A DNA stretch of 64,000 bases from Octopus sinensis. Its lineage: Eukaryota. A program made the translations under genes and the position numbers. Position 1 is the first letter of the stretch; each line of letters opens with the position of its first letter. Of this stretch, positions 60,401 to 64,000 are shown piece after piece. The stretch is taken from assembly GCF_006345805.1 (NCBI RefSeq), contig NC_043020.1, positions 6,572,001-6,636,000 on the forward strand, written 5' to 3'. The notes under the pieces were generated by a model. The model was not told where the DNA came from and ran no database searches. It was given only the letters and a program-made list of their open reading frames with translations.

Positions 60401-60837
60401 ACGGCGACGAACGGATGGTGCTTTTTACATGCCACCGGCATAGGGGCCAGGCGAGGCTGGCAACGGCCACGAACGGATGGTGCTTTTTACGTGCCACCGG
60501 CACGAGGCCAGTCGGGGCAGCGCTGGCAACGGCCACGTTCGGATCGTACTCTTACGTGCCACCGGCACTGGTAACTCAGCTTCAATTTCCATTGATCGAT
60601 TTCGATTCTGATTAATGTGATCGAAATTAAAACCTTTGTATTTTAAAAGAAGTATTGTAACAAAGGGATTAATTTAAAGTTGCTAAACAGACCAGACAAA
60701 AAAAAAAAAAAACTGCTACTTGCCTCTTTCCGGAGTAATTCTCTTTCTGAAAAGAAGTCCTCAGCATAGCTTGTAATGAAAAACTTGACGCGAGTCGATT
60801 CTTCGGAATGGTCTCCTCTGGATAGGGCACACGCCAT
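4533..60837 (-). CDS. Spliced gene (20 recovered coding exons, 1151 aa, probably incomplete at the N gap): DUF4062-like + NACHT/STAND NTPase + TPR-like repeats + acidic tail (TEP1/NPHP3-like family)
   Basis: Exons joined by hand. All have AG acceptors and GT donors (one GC), and intron phases match at every junction. Motifs: [28 protein letters not shown] (DUF4062-like), [10 protein letters not shown] (Walker A), [12 protein letters not shown] and [12 protein letters not shown] (TEP1-like NACHT), [16 protein letters not shown] and [10 protein letters not shown] (TPR-like). Family assignment is from recalled motif similarity, not a search. Confidence 0.88.
6028..6400 (+). mobile_element. tRNA-derived SINE family A, near full length. 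Other copies at about 263-658(-), 7335, 11984, 19168, 25250, 28700, 38170, 50562, 57718, 61560 and 62375.
   Basis: Head ggcgtaggagtggctgtgtggtaag..ggttcagtc (A/B-box-like), internal microsatellite, conserved 3' block; many dispersed near-identical copies. Confidence 0.8.
6990..7310. repeat. Compound minisatellite (CA)n-cccatcttatgcata
   Basis: About 12 copies of catcttatgcata separated by CA runs. Confidence 0.9.
7757..7837 (-). CDS. Coding exon 19 ([15 protein letters not shown]...EQLK)
   Basis: ttccag|CTG ... AAA|gtaagg; 81 nt, phase 0/0. Confidence 0.85.
8003..8860. repeat. GGT/GAT/AGT triplet array with an exact 180-bp tandem duplication
   Basis: 8041-8220 is identical to 8221-8400. 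Confidence 0.92.
9240..10250. repeat. GAT/GAC-rich degenerate array with higher-order repeats
   Basis: Recurrent gatgactaatgattatgtttgtgatgactgg and gactcatgaataaccgcaatgactg blocks. Confidence 0.88.
10270..10413 (-). CDS. Coding exon 18 (FKLGMSL...AIKIFQE)
   Basis: tttcag|TTT ... GAG|gttggt; 144 nt, phase 0/0. Confidence 0.86.
12611..12727 (-). CDS. Coding exon 17 (KLKLNDF...SGRYHK)
   Basis: cccag|AAA ... AAG|gtaagt; 117 nt, phase 0/0. Confidence 0.86.
12854..13072. mobile_element. hAT-type MITE
   Basis: TIR cagtg(g/c)ttt(c/t)caacc; 8-bp TSD atctagat/gtctagat. Confidence 0.85.
13808..13940 (-). CDS. Coding exon 16, TPR-like ([14 protein letters not shown]...EIYDE)
   Basis: gaaaag|G ... 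GAG|gtttgt; 133 nt, phase 2/0. Confidence 0.85.
15018..15136 (-). CDS. Coding exon 15 (VGTANAM...EKVCRV)
   Basis: ttcag|GTC ... GT|gtgagt; 119 nt, phase 0/2. Confidence 0.87.
16732..17213 (+). mobile_element. Deleted Tc1/mariner element with about 23-bp imperfect TIRs
   Basis: [23 protein letters not shown]; ends agagtggcctgtaagttcctac / gtagggacttatgggccactcc. Confidence 0.75.
18010..18410. repeat. Compound (TG)n-agcatg minisatellite
   Basis: gagcatg recurs between TG runs. Confidence 0.9.
18527..18655 (-). CDS. Coding exon 14 (EYPYQL...LLSLWRK)
   Basis: gccag|GAA ... AAG|gtaggg; 129 nt, phase 0/0. Confidence 0.88.
18850..18961 (-). CDS. Coding exon 13 (YFEPEE...[10 protein letters not shown]...DRMIE)
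   Basis: ttcag|C ... GAA|gtaagg; 112 nt, phase 2/0. Confidence 0.88.
20743..20914 (-). CDS. Coding exon 12 (EKESSE...LKPFLR...[13 protein letters not shown])
   Basis: tgcag|AA ... AT|gtgagt; 172 nt, phase 1/2. Confidence 0.88.
21330..21499 (-). CDS. Coding exon 11 ([10 protein letters not shown]...SPFDEK)
   Basis: tccag|T ... G|gtcaga; 170 nt, phase 2/1. Confidence 0.88.
22854..23047 (-). CDS. Coding exon 10 as recovered (DMARDLL...[12 protein letters not shown]...PNGLL)
   Basis: tacag|GAT ... AA|gtaagt; 194 nt, phase 0/2. Confidence 0.9.
23124..23541. mobile_element. MITE with 29-bp TIRs
   Basis: ggatcttttcggtttgaacggcagttttt at 23124-23152 and its reverse complement at 23512-23540; tagggtt flanks both ends. 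Confidence 0.82.
23695..23895. mobile_element. hAT-type MITE, same family as 12854-13072
   Basis: TIR cagtggttttcaacc / ggttgaaaagcactg; perfect 8-bp TSD gtctagac. Confidence 0.88.
24154..24643 (+). mobile_element. 5'-truncated LINE (RTE/RTEX-like) ORF2 C-terminus with (TGA)n tail
   Basis: ORF 24160..24633 has [20 protein letters not shown] and DREVWR motifs typical of the RTE-type RT C-terminus; the stop runs into TGATGATGATGAT. Confidence 0.85.
24934..25033. other. Assembly gap (100 N; true size unknown)
   Basis: Run of N between a 49-bp minisatellite and a (TA)n tract. Confidence 0.99.
25466..25577 (-). CDS. Coding exon 9 ([20 protein letters not shown]...DRIN)
   Basis: atcag|T ... AAT|gtaagt; 112 nt, phase 2/0. 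Confidence 0.9.
26416..26549 (-). CDS. Coding exon 8 with Walker A P-loop GGAGSGKS (26475-26498)
   Basis: accag|ATT ... AG|gtaagc; 134 nt, phase 0/2; hydrophobic strand PLILV precedes GxxGxGKS. Confidence 0.92.
28277..28432 (-). CDS. Coding exon 7 (ICEFVKMRI...GREKIINE)
   Basis: tttcag|ATC ... GAG|gtaagc; 156 nt, phase 0/0. Confidence 0.9.
30148..30363 (+). mobile_element. tRNA-derived SINE family B with TSD ggtatcaaaa. Other copies at about 1370, 6700, 10455, 33460, 35995, 45762, 49510-50140, 52705, 52968 and 59555.
   Basis: ggcggcgagctggcagaa..gagttcaaattcc (B box)..gcctttcatcctttcggggtcga..aaagaa; flanking direct repeat. Confidence 0.8.
30553..31220. repeat. (GAT/GGT)n array
   Basis: Direct reading. 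Confidence 0.95.
31231..31326 (-). CDS. Coding exon 6 (PDRIIKYKP...CLKEM)
   Basis: ttgcag|CCA ... ATG|gtaagt; 96 nt, phase 0/0. Confidence 0.85.
33330..34252 (-). mobile_element. tRNA-derived SINE family D with a triplicated 3' body; related copy at about 37040-37320
   Basis: Minus-strand head TGGCTCAGTGG (A box)...GAGTTCAATTCC (B box) near 34180-34250; body repeated at about 33330, 33722 and 33926. Confidence 0.7.
34286..34419 (-). CDS. Coding exon 5 (LFLYRSDSF...INQRFP)
   Basis: ttccag|CT ... CCA|gtaagt; 134 nt, phase 1/0. Confidence 0.87.
34848..34893 (+). ncRNA. Minimal type I hammerhead-ribozyme-like motif
   Basis: CCAC-CTGATGA-A-TGTC(9 nt)GACA-A-GAAAC-GATC-GTA-GTGG: full core, 4-bp stems I and II, palindromic stem III, GUA triplet; A.A mismatch at 10.1:11.1. 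Confidence 0.6.
35345..35587. repeat. (GA/GAAA)n purine microsatellite
   Basis: Direct reading. Confidence 0.95.
35612..35745 (-). CDS. Coding exon 4 (ETLGWVPTW...AYREDNLN)
   Basis: cgcag|T ... T|gtaagt; 134 nt, phase 2/1. Confidence 0.88.
35935..36835 (-). mobile_element. Decayed RTE LINE 3' end (ORF2 C-terminus plus 3' UTR), interrupted by a SINE at about 35995-36220
   Basis: Minus-strand translation of about 36500-36835 gives [54 protein letters not shown] with frameshifts, then the 'gttaggaagggcatcc...catgctagcatgg...gatgatg'-type tail. Confidence 0.75.
40663..40772 (-). CDS. Coding exon 3 (GSKHAERR...PIFLNFT)
   Basis: caacag|GGT ... AG|gtaagt; 110 nt, phase 0/2. Confidence 0.85.
41022..41309. 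mobile_element. Inverted-repeat element (about 90-bp arms) carrying hammerhead-like motifs; Penelope-like LTR derivative (inferred)
   Basis: 41022-41113 is about the reverse complement of 41218-41309; CTGATGA..GAAAC..GTC core on the minus strand. Confidence 0.65.
41084..41130 (-). ncRNA. Minimal type I hammerhead-ribozyme-like motif
   Basis: TCTAGA-CTGATGA-TGGACAAAGACCCT-GAAACA-TGCG-TGTC-TCTAGA: 6-bp stem I, 3-bp stem III, GUC triplet, weak stem II. Confidence 0.55.
41493..41748 (+). mobile_element. tRNA-derived SINE; related head at about 27260-27525
   Basis: tggcttagtgg (A box), gtttcgattcc (B box), then ttgtgttcttgagcaaaacac. Confidence 0.65.
43310..44890. repeat. 1.6-kb (GAT/GGT)n array, followed by an (ATT/CTA)n array at about 45030-45485
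   Basis: Direct reading. Confidence 0.95.
46822..46983 (-). mobile_element. RTE 3'-UTR-type retroposon fragment. Related copies at about 11530, 17245, 19855, 32705, 38955, 40210, 42470, 46260, 48740, 53960, 56275, 57895, 58910 and 60195.
   Basis: Shared block catcatcatcgtttaa..tccatgctagcatgggttggacg..ggatgcccttcctaac. Confidence 0.8.
47001..48110 (+). mobile_element. RTE 3'-UTR-type retroposon with 15 copies of a 60-bp minisatellite (47001-47915)
   Basis: Lines 47401-47700 are identical at period 60; followed by the family 3' end and a (TGA)n tail. Confidence 0.85.
50748..51440. mobile_element. Foldback/MITE with 240-bp TIRs and TA TSD
   Basis: 50748-50987 is the reverse complement of 51201-51440 (about 3 mismatches); TA on both sides. 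Confidence 0.88.
51999..52067 (-). CDS. Coding exon 2 ([23 protein letters not shown])
   Basis: tttag|ATT ... TGG|gtgagt; 69 nt, phase 0/0. Confidence 0.85.
52154..52616. repeat. Double-palindrome insertion with a 14-bp flanking direct repeat
   Basis: Palindrome centres at 52280/52281 and 52430/52431 (cactgacgtcagtg); taataataaaaata at 52140-52153 and 52617-52630. Confidence 0.85.
53860..54540 (+). mobile_element. mariner transposase N-terminal remnant split by an RTE-type retroposon (about 53960-54396)
   Basis: [18 protein letters not shown] before the insertion; [31 protein letters not shown] after it. Confidence 0.65.
55484..55528 (-). ncRNA. Minimal type I hammerhead-ribozyme-like motif
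   Basis: GGACCA-CTGATGA-G-GTCACA-GGAG-TGTGAC-GAAAG-AA-CTC-TGGCC: perfect 6-bp stem II, CUC triplet, short stems I and III. Confidence 0.5.
56451..57339 (+). mobile_element. Internally deleted, decayed Tc1/mariner element; DD37D (maT-like) spacing
   Basis: Translates, with stops, to [51 protein letters not shown], with 37 residues between the last two catalytic D; TA flanks, degenerate TIRs. Confidence 0.8.
57895..58600 (-). mobile_element. RTE 3'-UTR-type retroposon with about 7 copies of a 67-bp minisatellite (58087-58575)
   Basis: tttttacgtgcc recurs every 67 nt from 58087 to 58556. Confidence 0.85.
59262..59481. mobile_element. piggyBac-type MITE; related ends at about 38770-38890 and 41815-42392
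   Basis: TTAA|ccctttcgttacc ... ggtaacgaaaggg|TTAA. Confidence 0.8.
60724..60837 (-). CDS. Coding exon 1 (MACALSRG...ELLRKE); exon probably extends to an acceptor at 60922 as 5' UTR
   Basis: ATG in ATAATGG context; ends AAAGAG|GCAAGT (GC donor); polypyrimidine tract plus TAG acceptor just upstream of 60922. The start codon is uncertain. Confidence 0.72.
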
Positions 60838-62204
60838 TATGCATTCAGGTGTGTCGGTGGTCAAAGTTGTCCGATTGTAGAGATCCACCTTGGTGAGACT
60901 GTGACATTCTTCACCATATTATCTAGAAAGGGGACAGAGAAGGAGAAATGATGATGATGATGATGATGGCAATAATCAAAATAATTCTAAGTACTTGTTG
61001 CATACTGGGGTTGATGTAATCAACTTACCCCTCCCCAAAGCATTTCAGGCCTTGTGCCTATAATTCTAATTTTGGCACAAAGCAAGAAATTTTGAGGGGA
61101 GGGGGTGAGTTGATTAAATCGACCCAGTGTAAAAGACAAAAGTGAATTCCAGGGCCTAATGAATGAAATAGACCAGTGGTTCTCAACCAGGGGTCATATA
61201 ACATTTTGGTGGGGTCCACACAACAAAATAGTAAATTAGAGACCCACAATAATATTTTAAGGGCCCCCGAAAAAATATTGCTTTAGATCAGTGTTTCTCA
61301 ACCTTTTGACCCTTGCGTAACCCTTAAAATAAATAACATGTCTCAAGGAACCCCTACACAAAAAATATATATACCATATCTTTCTCATATTTGGAATTGA
61401 CCCCAGTACTTATTTCTTATTTTTAACCCTGATGCTTCAATCAGTCCCTTTTGCTTAACTGCTAAGTGACAGAGACATAAATATACCAACACCAGTTGTC
61501 AAGCTGTGGTGGGAGACAAACACAGGTACATGCACACTGATATATATATATATATATATACGTGTGTGTATAAATGTACATATTCTCTAATTTGTTTCAG
61601 TCATTTTGACTGTGGCCATGATGGAGCACCATCTTTTAGTCAATGAAATCAACTCCTGGACTTATTCTTTTGTAAGCCTGGTACTTGGCCTCTTTTGTCG
61701 AACCGCTTAGTTACGGGAATGTAAATACCAAGATCAGTTGTCAAGCGATGGTGTGGGGACAAATACAGACACAAACACACAAATATATACATATATACAC
61801 ACACATAGAGGCTTTTTTCAGTTTCTGTCTACCAAATCCCTTCACAAGTATTTGGTTGGTTTGAGGCTATAGAAGATACACACCCAAGATGCCACACAGT
61901 GGGACTGAACCCAGAACCATGTGGTTGGGAAGCAAGCTTCTTACCACACAGCCACGCCTGTGCCTCTCTCTCTCTATATATATAGGGAGAATTCACAAAA
62001 AAAACAAGATGAAGACAGGTGGTGTAGACAACAAACAGATGTATTAGTTTAACGCTCGGGAAGTGAAAAAGTCTTTAACGTTTCGAGCCTTTGCTCTTGC
62101 ACAGAAAGGAACACAGAAAGAAACAGGGAGAGAAAATAAAGAATGGTTTGGTTGGCTTGAGGCTATAGAAGACACTTGCTATATAGACTCTCTCTGTCTC
62201 TGTA

Positions 62205-62241
<37 letters not shown>

Positions 62242-62519
62242 TGTCAGTAAATCATAAATCTGAAAGAGAAGAACACTAAGTTATAGAACAAGAGTATTTA
62301 GAGAAAGATGGTTATGGCTGGTTGAAGTGGTTACCTAGGATTCTGTGTATATATATACACACACACACACACACGGGCTTCTTTCAGTTTCTGTCTACCA
62401 AGTCCACTCATGAGGCTTTGGTTGGCCTAAGGCTACAATACAAGACACTTGCCCAAGGTGCCACACAGTGGGACTGAACCTGGAATCACATGGTTGTGAA
62501 GCAAACTTCTTACCACACA

Positions 62520-62558
<39 letters not shown>

Positions 62559-63089
62559 CATACACAAGCACTTCTTTCACTACACACACACACAATGCAC
62601 TTCCACGCAGTTTTCCTCTTCCAGATTCACTCACAAGATTTTGGTCAGCCCAGGGTTAAAGAAGACACTTGCCCAAGGTGTCTCAAAGTGGGACTGAACC
62701 AGAGACCACATGGTTGAAAGGCAAATATTTTAACCACACAGCCATGCCTCCTCACCAACAGCAATGAGCCAACAAGGAAGTCTCTATGTGGTTACACTGC
62801 TTACTAGAAATAGCAGCCAAATCTCCTTCAAACTTCATTGTAGCACCTTAGAAAGAACATTTTGGAGAATGTGGTGCTGAGTACGCTAATACTGAAACAG
62901 GACAGGATGGTCATGGTTGGAATATCTTTGACGATAATTCTACTTGATCAGAGCTGACCGAGGGCAATTAACAAAACAACTACGTAATAAGTTTAATATG
63001 GGAGCAGTCAATATTTTGATGGTCATTTGGTTGGTCAACAACAACATATGTGATGGTTGTGTTGGTACTGGGAATGGCAGCGGTGGGGG

Positions 63090-63725
63090 TGATGGTGGTG
63101 GCGATAGTGGTGATGGTGATGATGACGGTGATGATGACGGTGATGATGATGGTGGTGGTGATGATGGTGATAATGATGGTGGTGGTGATGATGATAGTGA
63201 TGATGACGGTGATGATGATGGTGGTGGTGATGATGATAGTGATGATGGTGGTGGTGATGATGGTGATGATGATGATGACGGTGATGATGATGATGATGAT
63301 GATGGTGGTGATGATGGTGGTGTGATGGTGGTGATGATAGTGATGATGGTGGTGGTGATGATGGTAATGATGGTGGTGGTGGTGATGATGATAATGGTGG
63401 TGATGATGATGGTGATGATGATGGTGGCGGTGATGATGATGATGGTGGTGGGGTGGTGGTGATGATGATGATGGTGGTGGTGGTGATAATGGCGATAGTG
63501 ATGGTGATAATGGTGGTGGTGGTTGTGATGGTGATGATGGTGGTGATGATAATGGTGGTGATGATGATGATGATGATAATGGTGATGATGATGGTGGTGA
63601 TAATGGCGATAGTGATGGTGATGATGATAATGGATCGTTGCAGTGATGGTAGTGGTGGTGGTGATAGTGATAATGAAGATGATGGACCATTGCAGTGTTG
63701 CTGATGAGGATGATGCTGCTGCTGC
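63090..63725. repeat. (GAT/GGT)n array
   Basis: Direct reading. Confidence 0.95.
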
Positions 63726-64000
63726 TGCTGTGGCAGCCATTTATCCCCCCCTAAAAAGCTTCTCCATCATGAAACAAATCATTTCCACTTCCCTGCTTCT
63801 TTCTCTCCCAACACATCTTCTTCCACCGACAAAACAATGGACTCACAACAGCTCCTCATATATGCTGTGTGTGCGTGCGTGCATTTGTATGTGCATGTGT
63901 GTGTGTGTGTGTGTGAGTATGCCTGTATTTGTGTATGCTTGTACATGTGTGTGTGTTGTGTGTGCTGTGTATGTATTTGTGTCTATACATGTGTATGTAT

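Noticed and set aside
62068-62110. GAGC-AAAG-GCTC-GAAACGTT hairpin (minus strand)
   Set aside because: The 5' core reads CTGTGCA, not CUGANGA; at best a very decayed relic.

Overview
Eukaryotic, AT-rich, repeat-dense genomic DNA. The SINE/LINE/microsatellite landscape looks cephalopod (Octopus-like); this is an inference from repeat style only. One spliced protein-coding gene occupies nearly the whole window on the minus strand. I reconstructed 20 phase-consistent coding exons (60837 to 4533; 3456 nt, 1151 aa) encoding an N-terminal DUF4062-like domain, a TEP1/NPHP3-type NACHT/STAND P-loop NTPase (Walker A GGAGSGKS), a helical/TPR-like region and a long acidic low-complexity tail. The Walker B segment is absent and probably lies in the 100-N gap at 24934-25033. 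Intron 1 has a GC donor. Introns are packed with tRNA-derived SINEs, 3' fragments of RTE LINEs (some with expanded internal minisatellites), decayed Tc1/mariner elements, hAT- and piggyBac-type MITEs, long palindromes and GAT/GGT triplet arrays. The most unexpected signal is a set of minimal type I hammerhead-ribozyme-like motifs (CUGANGA...GAAA, short near-palindromic stem III) from at least three unrelated repeat families, several within inverted-repeat elements and some on the pre-mRNA strand. Almost all long ORFs in the supplied track are artefacts of simple repeats.
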